Both the position numbers and the translations under genes were made by a program. From Candidatus Multivoradales bacterium (GTDB taxonomy: Bacteria; Acidobacteriota; Thermoanaerobaculia; Multivoradales; Multivoraceae): a stretch of 64,000 nt of DNA. Below are positions 18,438 through 28,387 of this stretch, piece after piece. Each line of letters opens with the position of its first letter. Positions within the stretch are counted from its first letter, which is position 1. The notes beneath the pieces are model-generated. The model was not told where the DNA came from. It saw only the letters and a program-made list of their open reading frames with translations, and did not search any database. The stretch is from NCBI GenBank assembly GCA_965223325.1, contig CBDCWI010000002.1, forward strand, positions 1,824,001-1,888,000. Direction: 5' to 3'.

Positions 18438-19373
18438 GTGATGTGTGAGGAGGATCTCTTCGCGTTGGTCGCCCAGCGGATCGTCGCCAACGGCGAGTTG
18501 CAGCGCTCGTGGCCGCTAGCGGGTGGCGTTTCCGCTGCGATGCACGCAATCGAAGTCAAAGACCCTGGCGGCCAGACGCATCGCTTCGTCATCCGCCAGC
18601 ACCAGGCGACCGACTGGCGCCTCAACGAGACCGGTGTCACGGCGCGCGAGTACGCCTTGCTCGAAGCGCTCAGGCTCAACGGCCTGGAGGCGCCGCAACC
18701 TGTAAGACTCGACCAGAGCGGCGAGATACTTCCGACGCCGTATCTGGTTCTGGAGTACATCGACGGCACGACAACCGTCGAACCAGAGAACCTCGAAGGC
18801 TCGCTCCTCCAGATGGCGGCCTTTCTAGCGCGCCTCCACGCGGTCGACACTGACGACCGTGACCTGCCGCAGCTTCCGGATCTCGAAGACCCGGTCGCAG
18901 GCGCCCTGGAGTATCTCTCGATCTCCGGCCAGGGAGCAGGGTGGCGACCGGCCCTCGAGCAACTCCAAGCTGGTTCGCGCGCCAGATTCGGCGAGCGGCG
19001 CGCGCTTCTGCACGGCGACTTCTGGCCCCACAACGTCCTCTGGCGCGACGGCAAGATTGCCGCGGTGATCGACTGGGAAGACGCGACCTTCGGCGACCCA
19101 CTTTCAGACCTCGCCGCCTGTCGGGTCGAGCTGCTTTGCTACTACGGCGAAGCGGCGATGGAGAGCTTCACGAAGCACTACAAGGAGCGCGGACGGTGGA
19201 GCATCGATCCATTGCGCCTCGAGCTCGCGGTCTGGGAACTCTACGTCTCGGCAGCCGCCCTGGCGACGATGGGCAACTGGGGCCTCGAGGCAGAGGAGCT
19301 CATAAGGCGGCGCGAGACGACGACCCGCTTCATGGAGCGCGCCGGCCGGGCCATGCTCGATTCGTTGGCCTGA
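18438..19373 (+). CDS. Aminoglycoside phosphotransferase (APH) family protein
   Basis: LHGDFWPHNVL, VIDWEDA. Confidence 0.88.
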   Translation: MMCEEDLFALVAQRIVANGELQRSWPLAGGVSAAMHAIEVKDPGGQTHRFVIRQHQATDWRLNETGVTAREYALLEALRLNGLEAPQPVRLDQSGEILPTPYLVLEYIDGTTTVEPENLEGSLLQMAAFLARLHAVDTDDRDLPQLPDLEDPVAGALEYLSISGQGAGWRPALEQLQAGSRARFGERRALLHGDFWPHNVLWRDGKIAAVIDWEDATFGDPLSDLAACRVELLCYYGEAAMESFTKHYKERGRWSIDPLRLELAVWELYVSAAALATMGNWGLEAEELIRRRETTTRFMERAGRAMLDSLA

Positions 19374-19393
19374 AGAGGCCTTCCATCCTGACG

Positions 19394-19559
19394 CTAGTAC
19401 CCCGTACCATTGAAACGCACAGCGTCTGCGCGGTCCTCGCGCTCGATCTCTGTGTTGTCACTCCTCGACAGATCACCAATACGCCTGCGTCGTGACGCCT
19501 TGATCTCGAGCACGATCATCCGCTCAGCCACTATCCGTTTCAATGGTACGAGGTACTAG
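19394..19559. mobile_element. 166-bp MITE-like palindromic element, copy 1
   Basis: TIR CTAGTACCCCGTACCATTGAAACG / CGTTTCAATGGTACGAGGTACTAG; near-identical inverted copy at 58958-59123. Confidence 0.85.
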
Positions 19560-20770
19560 GTCAACGCCCCGTAGACGATCGAGCGCAGCTGGCCGCGGAA
19601 GTTGAAGGTCCCCGAAGGCATGAACTGGGTCATGAAGATCACCGTCAGGTCTTCCGCCGGGTCGTTCCAGAACACTGTGCTCGCCAAGCCGCCCCAGAAG
19701 TACTCCCCGAGCGAGCCGCTCGACTGCGCCTTGATGAGATCGACCACCGTAGCCAGCCCGAGCCCGAAACCGATTCCGCTGTAGGTTGTTTCGCTCCACG
19801 AGCCGGTGGCGAGCTCGGTGAGGTCTCGCCCGCCGGGCAGGTGATTCGCCCGCATGAGGTCAATCGTCTTGCGGCCCAGAATTCGCGCGCCGCCGAGCTC
19901 GCCCCCGGCGAGCAACATGCGGCAGAAGCGATGGTAGTCGGCCGCCGTCGACACCAGGCCGCCACCGCCCGAGAGCAGATCGGGCTTTGTGAGGTAGGGG
20001 CTCGTTTCGGGGTCGTCGACCAGGCGGAGCTTCCGGTCGGGGCCGCGCTCGTAGTTGGCGCCAAACCGCGACTGGCCAGCGGCATCAACCCAGAAACCCG
20101 TATCAACCATGCCCAGCGGGCCGAAGATGCGCTCTAGAAAGAAGTCGTCGAGCGGCTGCTCCGCAATGACCTCGACCAGCCGCCCAAGAACATCGGTGGC
20201 CACCGAGTAGTTCCAGCGCTCGCCGGGTGAGAACTCGAGCGGTAGTTCGCCGAGCTGGCGCATCATGCCCGCAAGATCGACCCCTTCCCAGCGTTCTCCC
20301 ACGCGACGCTCGCGGTAGGCCGCATCAACATTGGACATCTCCAGGAAGCCATAGGTGAGACCCGAGGTGTGGCAGAGCAGATCCCGGATCGAGATCTCGC
20401 GGCTGGCTGGCACCGTCAAAAAGCGGCCGTCGACCCCGCCAGTGAAGACTCTCGGTTGCGCCAGCTCCGGAAGGAAACGTGCGACGGGGTCGTCGAGCTG
20501 GAAGTGGCCCTCTTCGTAGAGCATCATCACCGCCACCGAAGTGATCGGTTTGGTCATCGAATAGATGCGAAAGATGGTGTCCTCGGTCATCCGAACGCCG
20601 CGCTCACGGTCGCGTTCCCCAATCGCCGAAAGCCATGCGACTTCACCGCCGCGCGCCACCAGGGACACCGCACCGGTAATCTTCCCCGGTGTCACGTAGC
20701 GCCGCTCCAGGTGATCGTCGATGCGCGCCAATCGTTCGCTCGACAGGCCAACGCTCTCAGGCGATGTCAT
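19556..20770 (-). CDS. Serine hydrolase, beta-lactamase (AmpC/esterase) family
   Basis: FRIYSMTK (SxxK), LLCHTSG, WNYS, GGGGL, WGG; start approximate. Confidence 0.9.
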   Translation of the reverse strand: MTSPESVGLSSERLARIDDHLERRYVTPGKITGAVSLVARGGEVAWLSAIGERDRERGVRMTEDTIFRIYSMTKPITSVAVMMLYEEGHFQLDDPVARFLPELAQPRVFTGGVDGRFLTVPASREISIRDLLCHTSGLTYGFLEMSNVDAAYRERRVGERWEGVDLAGMMRQLGELPLEFSPGERWNYSVATDVLGRLVEVIAEQPLDDFFLERIFGPLGMVDTGFWVDAAGQSRFGANYERGPDRKLRLVDDPETSPYLTKPDLLSGGGGLVSTAADYHRFCRMLLAGGELGGARILGRKTIDLMRANHLPGGRDLTELATGSWSETTYSGIGFGLGLATVVDLIKAQSSGSLGEYFWGGLASTVFWNDPAEDLTVIFMTQFMPSGTFNFRGQLRSIVYGALT

Positions 20771-20797
20771 AACACCCGCTGTCACTCCACACATGAC

Positions 20798-20842
20798 ACC
20801 TCTCCAGGAAGTACTTATCCAGGCAGTACCTCTCCAGGACGT
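20798..20842. repeat. 3 x 15-bp tandem repeat in a divergent intergenic region
   Basis: ACCTCTCCAGGAAGT / ACTTATCCAGGCAGT / ACCTCTCCAGGACGT. Confidence 0.7.
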
Positions 20843-21008
20843 ACTTTCGGTTTCCCGCAAGCTATCAGGGCACTCCCACCTGTATAGTGACTTCACGACT
20901 CCAAGGACAACTCAACTCGGGCCCAGCAGGAAATCTCACCTGCTCCGTCGTCGCTACGAGCACGACCACCGAGCCTTCCTGCTGGACCCCAACACGGGAG
21001 CATCCAGC

Positions 21009-21476
21009 ATGAGAACCAAAACTTCGATCCTTCTCGGCCTTGCCGCTCTACTTTTCCTGATGGCCGGCGCTGCCGCAGCAGAAGACGAATACACCTTCGT
21101 CTTCACGTTCGAAGAAGACGAAGCCCTCGAGCTCGAAGGCGGCGTGACCGTCAGTGTTTTCACCCAACGCGGCTTCGCGGTCTTCGACGACCCGGATCAT
21201 CCGCTCCACATGGCAGCCCAGAACTGCTACGGGACCCAGGTCATTTCGGCCGAGGGCTCGGTTGGTAGCGGCTACTGCACCACCGTGCCCACCGGCGAGA
21301 CCGGCGGCATCTGGGCGGCCTGGGAAGGTGACCAGGACGGTGGCACCTGGCACGTCATGCGCGGCGCCGGCACCCTCGAAGGAATGACCGGCAGCGGTAC
21401 GTACAGCGCCACCGGCGGCCAATGGGCAGACGGCAAGGGTTACAACCGGGTCAAGGGCACCTTCAAGCAACCCTGA
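21009..21476 (+). CDS. Secreted hypothetical beta-rich protein
   Basis: GGAG RBS, signal peptide ending AAAA-E, GGTWHVMRGAGTLEGMTGSGTY. Confidence 0.75.
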   Translation: MRTKTSILLGLAALLFLMAGAAAAEDEYTFVFTFEEDEALELEGGVTVSVFTQRGFAVFDDPDHPLHMAAQNCYGTQVISAEGSVGSGYCTTVPTGETGGIWAAWEGDQDGGTWHVMRGAGTLEGMTGSGTYSATGGQWADGKGYNRVKGTFKQP

Positions 21477-21537
21477 TCGAGCAGCCCTGATCGAGAAAAA
21501 CTGACCGTCTACCAGGGCGCGGTACCCTCAAGCCCTC

Positions 21538-22707
21538 ATGACAGAGGGCATCGACCCGCGCGGGGTCATCGGCTTCACCAGGGACCTGGTGCGTTGTCGG
21601 AGTGTGTTGGGTGGTGAGGGCGAGGCGGCTCGGGCCGTCGTCGCCCAGATGACCGCCCTCGGCTTCGACGACGCATCGATCGATGAGGCCGGCAACGCCG
21701 TCGGCGTCCTGCGGGGCCGTGCACCTGGACCTTGCCTGCTCTTTGACGGGCACCTCGACACCGTCGATGTCGTGCCGCGCGAAGCCTGGACCTGGGATCC
21801 GTTCGGCGGCGAGATCTCAGACGGTCGCATGTACGGTCGCGGCACCAGCGACATGAAAGGCGCCATTGCGGCCATGGTTTATGGCGCCGCGCTGGTTGAC
21901 CGCGATGCAATCCAGGGCTCGATCGTGGTCTCGGCCTCGGTCGGCGAAGAGTTGGTCGAAGGAGCGGCGCTCCGTTTCGTGCTCGAACAGTACCCGGCAG
22001 ACTTCGTCGTCATTGGCGAAGCTTCGAACCTCGACATCGTCTTCGGCGGCCGCGGGCGAGCCGAGTGGAAGATCACCACTCACGGTGTACCGGCACATGC
22101 CAGCTCGCCACACAAAGGCGACAACGCGGTGCACAAAATGCTGGCGGTAGTGGCTGAAATCGAGAAGATCGCCGTTCCTGGAGAATCGCCGGTGGGCCCC
22201 GGCGTGGTCGCGCTCACCGACATCATCTCCGACCCCTACCCCGCCCACTCGGTCATCCCCAGTGGCTGCACCGTCACCTACGAGCGCCGACTGGTGCCCG
22301 GCGAGACAGAGGAGACGGTCACCGAAGACCTGCGGCGAGCCTGCCGGCGCGCCGAAGCACCCGAGACCTCGATCGAGCTGGCGACGATCGACTACCAGTC
22401 CTACACCGGCTGGAGGTGCTCACAACCGAAGTGGTTTCCCGCCTGGGCACTCCCTCGAGACGACCCGTTCGTAGTCGGCGCGCAAGCGGCCATGGAGGCG
22501 GCCGGGCTCTCGCCCGGACTGGCCAGTTACCAGTTCTGCACCAACGCCGCCTACTCCACGGGGATAGCGGGCATTCCAACCATCGGCCTCGGGCCGTCCG
22601 ACGAGGCACAGGCTCACATCGTCGACGAGTCGATCGAGGTCGAAGAACTCGTGCGCGCCGTTACCGCCTATCGCGCCGTCGCCGAAGCGGTGCTTCGCCG
22701 TTCCTAG
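21538..22707 (+). CDS. M20 metallopeptidase/amidohydrolase (YgeY/ArgE-like)
   Basis: DGHLDTV, GRGTSDMKG, GEE, GEAS, AHIVDE. Confidence 0.88.
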   Translation: MTEGIDPRGVIGFTRDLVRCRSVLGGEGEAARAVVAQMTALGFDDASIDEAGNAVGVLRGRAPGPCLLFDGHLDTVDVVPREAWTWDPFGGEISDGRMYGRGTSDMKGAIAAMVYGAALVDRDAIQGSIVVSASVGEELVEGAALRFVLEQYPADFVVIGEASNLDIVFGGRGRAEWKITTHGVPAHASSPHKGDNAVHKMLAVVAEIEKIAVPGESPVGPGVVALTDIISDPYPAHSVIPSGCTVTYERRLVPGETEETVTEDLRRACRRAEAPETSIELATIDYQSYTGWRCSQPKWFPAWALPRDDPFVVGAQAAMEAAGLSPGLASYQFCTNAAYSTGIAGIPTIGLGPSDEAQAHIVDESIEVEELVRAVTAYRAVAEAVLRRS

Positions 22708-22720
22708 CCTTCAAGAGCCC

Positions 22721-23785
22721 TCAGGAAGCGGCCCGCCGCTTCACCTCGACCGCGCCGATCGCAATCAACGACTCGACGCAATCACGCAGCGACTCGTCGA
22801 ACGACCGGAACTCGATGCCGGTGAGTGCACGAATGCGATCGTTGCGCAGCTCGACCCCGTCCCAGATGCGGCGTAGTTCCTCTTCGCGCGCCTGAATGCG
22901 CTCGGGGAAAGGATCGGTGACCTCAGGGGTTTCGTGCTCGAGCTCGGGCAGCAGGCGATCAATGCGCGCGCAAACTTCTTCGACCGGGATCGCATCGGTT
23001 GACCAGGCGATGTAGCGCTCACCGTTCCTGGCGTCGGTGCTCTCGAGCAGCCGAATGTGACACTCGGCGTCGTCGCGCACGTCGACGGTCATCCACGGGC
23101 GATAGGCGCCGGTCTGCTCGTACTCACCGAGCAGCATGCCCTCGATGATGTGCTGCCAAGGACCTTTCTCTTTCTGGTGCTTGGCCTGGATCGGCCCGAC
23201 GTTGTCGCCTGGGCAGCAGGTGATCGCATCCCACGAGCCACTTTCGGCGGCGGCGTCCGAGAACATGCGCTCAGCCGTCACCTTGCCCATCGAGTATCCC
23301 TGCCCTCTCTGCGGCGTGCGCTTTGGGTTCGCTTCGTCGGGATAACGGTCTTCGTAGAGCACCGGGCGGCGCACGAACTCCTGAATGTCGACCTCCGAGA
23401 TCACCGCCGCAATGCTCGAGGTCACCACCACCCGCTGCACGGTTCCTGAATCGTTGATGCTTCGGATGATGTGATCGCAGACGCGCCGGACGTACTCCTG
23501 GTCGTCATAGTCGCTGACGTGTGACACGTGAGCCACACCGTGGCAACCTTTGAAGACGTCGTCGAAGCACCCGTCCTCATCGAGATCGGCCGAGTGCAGG
23601 GAGAGCCGACCCGACGCGTAGCCAGGCATGGCCCGCAGGAACCCGGTCTTCGCCTCGTCGGCGGCGTCTCGGACACAGGCGCGTACCCGGTATCCCTTTT
23701 CGAGCAGCAAGCGCACCACCCACCCGCCAACAAAGCCCGCGCTACCCGTCACTGCGACCGTTCCGCCACCTGGAATAGGTGCCAT
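22721..23785 (-). CDS. NAD-dependent epimerase/dehydratase (extended SDR)
   Basis: TGSAGFVG, TSS, YSMGK, VDVRD. Confidence 0.88.
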   Translation of the reverse strand: MAPIPGGGTVAVTGSAGFVGGWVVRLLLEKGYRVRACVRDAADEAKTGFLRAMPGYASGRLSLHSADLDEDGCFDDVFKGCHGVAHVSHVSDYDDQEYVRRVCDHIIRSINDSGTVQRVVVTSSIAAVISEVDIQEFVRRPVLYEDRYPDEANPKRTPQRGQGYSMGKVTAERMFSDAAAESGSWDAITCCPGDNVGPIQAKHQKEKGPWQHIIEGMLLGEYEQTGAYRPWMTVDVRDDAECHIRLLESTDARNGERYIAWSTDAIPVEEVCARIDRLLPELEHETPEVTDPFPERIQAREEELRRIWDGVELRNDRIRALTGIEFRSFDESLRDCVESLIAIGAVEVKRRAAS

Positions 23786-23990
23786 GAGCGCTCCCTTTCC
23801 TCGGCCATCCAGCCGATTCTCTTCGTGATCCGTCGAAATCGAGATCGTGAGGCTACACCGATCGGTAGCTCATCGCCCTGCGAGTACCAGCGCTCCCAGT
23901 TTCCAGACCTACCGAAACAAAGGGGCGCCTCAATCGTCGTAGAAGAAACCGGACAATCCCAGACCAGCTCGCATTCTCGAGGAGGCGGCC

Positions 23991-26390
23991 ATGCTTCAAG
24001 ATCTCCGCGTCGCGCTACGGGCCCTCGCACGCACGCCCACTCTCACCTTGCTTGCACTCATCACCATCGGGCTCGGTGTTGGCGCAGCGACGGCGCTGTG
24101 GAGCGTCGTGCACTCCGTCCTGCTCAGTCCGCTCGCCTACGAGGAAAGCGAGCGCCTGGTGCGCGTCTTCGCCTCCAACCCCAGCCAGAGTGTCGATCGG
24201 GCCGGCATGGCGGGAGGAGACTTCGTTGATCTGGCCAACGATGCCCGCAGCTTTGACCATGTCGGTGCCTTTCGCTGGTTCGGCGTCGCGATCACCGAAG
24301 ATGACCGCCCGCGCGAGCTCGCCACGATCATGGTCACTCCCGGTCTGCTCGAGCTTCTCGGAACTCCCCTCATTGGGCGCGGATTTCTCGAAGAAGAAGG
24401 CATTCCAGGACAGGACCGGGTTGCGGTGCTCAGTGAGGCCCTTTTCGAGGAGGAGTTTGGTGGCGACCGAGGACTGATCGGCAACACCGTGATCTTCGAT
24501 GGTGCGCCGTACCAAGTCGTAGGGGTCATGCCGCGCGACTTCGTCATGCCCGCGCCAGGCATCGAAGTGTGGCTGCCCTGGGCTTTCGAGAAGGCAGGCC
24601 AGGGGCGCCGCGCCCACTGGTGGAACGTCATTGCACGCCTCGACGAAGGTGTCGCCCTCGAAGAGGGCCAGCGCGAGCTCGAGACGTTCGCGGCTCGCCT
24701 CGAGGACCAGTACCCGGACACCAACGCCGGCTGGACGGCTCTAGCGGTTCCGCTGCACGAAACGGTCGTCGGCAACTCGCGCGCGGCCCTGGTGGCGCTC
24801 ATGCTGGCGACCCTCGGCGTTCTCCTGGTTGGTTGCGCCAACATCGCCAATCTCCTGTTGTTGCGCGGCCTCGGTCGGCAGAGTGAATTCGGCATTCGCA
24901 CCGCGCTCGGCGCCGGCCGCCTGCGCTTGATTCGGCAGCTTCTCGTCGAAAGCGGTGTGCTCGCTCTTCTCGGCGGCCTGCTCGGAGTAGGAATCGCTTT
25001 CTCCGGCCTCCGCCTGTTGATTGCCAACGCCCCCGAAGAGCTCCCGCGCGCCCAGGAGATCGCGCTCGATGCGCCGGTTCTCCTCTTCTCGCTTCTCCTG
25101 ACCCTCGCCGTCGGCCTACTCTTCGGACTCGTGCCGGCGCTGCGGCAGTCATCGGTCGAGGTCGCCCCCGGCCTCGCCTCGACACGCGGCCGCCTGGGAG
25201 GTGGCGGGCGACTGCGCGCTGGCCTGGTCGCCGCCCAGCTGGCGCTGTCGCTGGTGTTGCTCTTCGGAGCGGGGCTCTTGTTGCGCAGTTTCCAGAACAC
25301 CCTTTCTGTCGACCCCGGGTTCCATCCCGAGGAACGCGTCGCGATGCAGCTCTTCGTCTACGGCGATCGCTACGAAGATCCCGCGCAGCAGCGAAGTTTC
25401 CTCGAACGCCTCACCGAGAAGCTTGGCGCCGTGCCTGGTGTGCGGCGCGTCGGCGCGACCTCGGTCCTTCCACTGAGCGACATCGGGGGTGGTTCGGCGC
25501 CTTTCGAGATCATCGGGCGCGCCGAACCCGAAAGCGAACAAATCGGAATGCGCATCGCAACGCCCGGGTTCTTCTCCACCATGGGAATCCCACTCCAAGC
25601 CGGGCGTTCCCTGGATGAGCGCGACCGCGACGGAACCGCCCCCGTCGCCGTCATCAACAGCGCGGCTGCCGAGCGCTTCTGGAAAGACCAGTCACCGATC
25701 GGTGAACGGCTGCGGTTCGAGGGCGCCCTGGACGCCGAACCGATCGAGATCGTCGGCGTGGTCGGTAACGTGCGCGGTGCCAGCCTGCAGCGCGACCCAC
25801 ACCCGGAGATCTATCTTCCTTTCGAGCAGAACGTCACCGGAACAATGACCGTGGTGGTCGAAACCGAGGGCCCGCCCGACGCTCTCGTGCGCACCATCGA
25901 AGAGCAGGTGTGGGCGGTCGACCCCAACCAACCGATCTGGCGTACGGTGACCCTCGAGACGCTGATCGAAGACGACACCGCCTCCTCCCGCTTCCTGACT
26001 TCGTTGATCACAGTCTTTGCCGGCCTCGCCCTCCTGATCGCCGCCGTCGGTCTCTACGGCGTCATCTCCTTCTCGGTCGCCCAACGCACCCGTGAACTCG
26101 GCCTGCGAAAAGCCATCGGCGCGACCACCCGCGACCTGGTCGGCCTGGTCTTACGGCAGGGCGGCGTTCTCATCGGCGGCGGCATCGTGCTCGGCATAGC
26201 AATCGCTCTCGTTCTGGGCCGGTCACTCGAAGCACTGGTCGCACCACTGCTCTTCGAGACCCAGCCCAACGACCCGCTGACTCTGGCGGTCGTCGCGGTG
26301 GCGCTCGCGGCGCTGGGTTTGCTCGCCTGCGCGGTACCGAGTTGGCGCGCATCGCGGGTGGACGCGGTGACCGCGTTGCGTGACGACTAA
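23991..26390 (+). CDS. ADOP-type duplicated MacB/FtsX permease
   Basis: LQDLRVALR, GCANIANLLL, RTALGA, QRTRELGLRKAIGA, RVDAVTALR; no ATPase adjacent. Confidence 0.92.
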   Translation: MLQDLRVALRALARTPTLTLLALITIGLGVGAATALWSVVHSVLLSPLAYEESERLVRVFASNPSQSVDRAGMAGGDFVDLANDARSFDHVGAFRWFGVAITEDDRPRELATIMVTPGLLELLGTPLIGRGFLEEEGIPGQDRVAVLSEALFEEEFGGDRGLIGNTVIFDGAPYQVVGVMPRDFVMPAPGIEVWLPWAFEKAGQGRRAHWWNVIARLDEGVALEEGQRELETFAARLEDQYPDTNAGWTALAVPLHETVVGNSRAALVALMLATLGVLLVGCANIANLLLLRGLGRQSEFGIRTALGAGRLRLIRQLLVESGVLALLGGLLGVGIAFSGLRLLIANAPEELPRAQEIALDAPVLLFSLLLTLAVGLLFGLVPALRQSSVEVAPGLASTRGRLGGGGRLRAGLVAAQLALSLVLLFGAGLLLRSFQNTLSVDPGFHPEERVAMQLFVYGDRYEDPAQQRSFLERLTEKLGAVPGVRRVGATSVLPLSDIGGGSAPFEIIGRAEPESEQIGMRIATPGFFSTMGIPLQAGRSLDERDRDGTAPVAVINSAAAERFWKDQSPIGERLRFEGALDAEPIEIVGVVGNVRGASLQRDPHPEIYLPFEQNVTGTMTVVVETEGPPDALVRTIEEQVWAVDPNQPIWRTVTLETLIEDDTASSRFLTSLITVFAGLALLIAAVGLYGVISFSVAQRTRELGLRKAIGATTRDLVGLVLRQGGVLIGGGIVLGIAIALVLGRSLEALVAPLLFETQPNDPLTLAVVAVALAALGLLACAVPSWRASRVDAVTALRDD

Positions 26391-26395
26391 GGACC

Positions 26396-26626
26396 ATGAA
26401 CCGCGCCGCCGGCCTGCGCCACGACGGCCGCCTCGCATGGTCGGTGTTCGTGGTCGAAGAAGAGGAGACCATCGAAGCCGCGGGAGAGACTTTCGAGACC
26501 GTCCGGGTTCGAACCGCCTACGGCACTGCCTGGCTCGCCACCCGGCCGCCCTACCTGATCAAGCGAAAAGTGGCGCGCGGCCCAAGTGTTTGGAAGCTCG
26601 AGAGCGCGACGCTCGAGGAGGAGTGA
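26396..26626 (+). pseudogene. Probable C-terminal fragment of a larger protein
   Basis: VEEEETIEAAGETFETVRV...WLATRPPYLIKR looks like a domain end; very short. Confidence 0.4.
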
Positions 26627-26767
26627 AACGGCGAAAGCAACTGGACAGAACCCTGGTAGGCCCGCGCTACACTGACTGGACTCATTGCCCTTCGTTTCCG
26701 GCGCTTCGTGACCGCCGGAGCCGCGGGTCCAGTCAAAGGGCCCATGTCCTGTCAAGGGGATCTACGC

Positions 26768-28336
26768 ATGGTCGACTCTCTCCTACCCTCGTCGCACCGG
26801 TCGCCTGGCAAGCGTTGTCGAGCGCCGTCGCTCACCGCCTGTCTTCTCACCGCCCTCGCGTTTCCATTGACAGTGGGCGCACAAGGTGCCGAGTCACCGC
26901 TCCTCGTCTCGGCCGAGGAGTTGGCCCGGGACCGAGCGCAGGCACTCGTCCTCCAGGTCGATACGACCGCCAAAGCCTTCGAAGAGGGGCATGTGGAAGG
27001 TGCCCGCTGGCTGCCGTACCGCGCGCTGGTGACCAACCGACAGGTCGACGGCGGCACCTTGATCAACGAGATCGCCGATCAGGAAGCGATCGTGGAGACA
27101 ATGCGCGGGCTCGGCGTGAACTCTGACTCGTGGGTCGTGCTCTATGGCCACCCCGTCCTCACGGCACGCGCCTTCATGACTCTCGACGTGCTGGGCCACC
27201 CAAGCGTTTCCATCCTCGACGGCGGTCTCGAGGCCTGGCGGGCCGCCGGGCAGACGGTTCGAACGGGTGCAGCAAGAGCGGCCGAGCCCGGCGACTTCTC
27301 GGCCCGTCCCAAACCCGCCGTGCTGGTCGACGCGACCTGGGTCGAAGCCAATCGATCGCGCTCCGAAGTCGCGCTGGTCGATTCGCGCCCGCTCGCCGAG
27401 TACACCGGCGCCGACGGCGGCATGGGAGGGCGCTTTAAAGCCGGCCACATCCCCGGCGCCGGTCACCTCTACTGGGAGGAGCTCGTCGATCCCGCGACCG
27501 GCCGCTTCCTGTCGCGCGACGCTCTGCGCCAGCGCTTCGAAACCGCCGGCCTCGACCAGGGCGACACTCTCGTCTCCTACTGCGCGATCGGTATGCGCGC
27601 CAGCGTCAACTACTTCCTCGGCCGGCTGCTCGACTACGACGTGAAGTTCTACGACGGTTCCTGGAACGAATGGAGCCTTACCGATCACGAAATCGCCACC
27701 GGTCCTGACCCCTCGGCCCCGTTCTCGGAAGCTGCGCGGCGCGACGAGGGCGGTTGGGTGTCGCTCTTTGACGGCTACACCCTGACTGGATGGCAAGCGA
27801 GTGAGAATCGTGAGTCCTGGTCAGTCGAAGACGGCACGCTCACCTGCCACGGTCCGCGCAGCCATTTGTACTTCGAGGGCGGCCCGGGCGAGGACGACAA
27901 TACGTTCACCAACTTCGAGCTGCGCGCCGAAGTCCGCACGACGCCGGGCAGCAATTCGGGCATCTACTTCCACACGCGCTACCAGGAGACCGGCTGGCCC
28001 CGGTACGGCTACGAGACCCAGGTGAACCTCACCGGCAGCGATCCCAAGCGCAGTGGCAGCCTCTACGACGTAGTCAACGTCACCGAGCAACATGCCAACG
28101 ACGGCGAGTGGTACACGCAGACGATTCGCGTCGAGGGCCAGAAGATCACGCTGACGATCGACGGTAAGGTGCTGGTCGACTATGAGGAGCCGCCCGGCAA
28201 GAAAGCACACTCCGAGGCTTTCGAACGCAGGCTCGGCTCGGGCACCTTCGCACTCCAGGCCCACGACCCGAAAAGCAAAGTCCAGTTCCGCAACCTCCGC
28301 GTTCGACGACTCGACGCAGCAGACGCAAGGGAGTAG
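26768..28336 (+). CDS. Exported tandem-rhodanese sulfurtransferase fused to a DUF1080 (3-keto-disaccharide hydrolase-like) domain
   Basis: GHVEGA, LDGGLEAW, GHIPGA, YCAIGMRA, YDGSWNEW, then GWVSLFDG, NSGIYFH, ALQAHDP...FRNL. Confidence 0.85.
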   Translation: MVDSLLPSSHRSPGKRCRAPSLTACLLTALAFPLTVGAQGAESPLLVSAEELARDRAQALVLQVDTTAKAFEEGHVEGARWLPYRALVTNRQVDGGTLINEIADQEAIVETMRGLGVNSDSWVVLYGHPVLTARAFMTLDVLGHPSVSILDGGLEAWRAAGQTVRTGAARAAEPGDFSARPKPAVLVDATWVEANRSRSEVALVDSRPLAEYTGADGGMGGRFKAGHIPGAGHLYWEELVDPATGRFLSRDALRQRFETAGLDQGDTLVSYCAIGMRASVNYFLGRLLDYDVKFYDGSWNEWSLTDHEIATGPDPSAPFSEAARRDEGGWVSLFDGYTLTGWQASENRESWSVEDGTLTCHGPRSHLYFEGGPGEDDNTFTNFELRAEVRTTPGSNSGIYFHTRYQETGWPRYGYETQVNLTGSDPKRSGSLYDVVNVTEQHANDGEWYTQTIRVEGQKITLTIDGKVLVDYEEPPGKKAHSEAFERRLGSGTFALQAHDPKSKVQFRNLRVRRLDAADARE

Positions 28337-28387
28337 CCGAGCGGTCCCAGTCACCCGGCGAGGCACCGAAACAAACCAGTTGGCGAC

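Noticed and set aside
18438-20770. APH and beta-lactamase-family genes as resistance determinants
   Set aside because: Motifs only show broad superfamily membership; most members are not resistance enzymes
20798-20846. Possible CRISPR array
   Set aside because: Units are contiguous 15-mers with no spacers and there are no cas genes; no repeat-spacer array was found anywhere in the window
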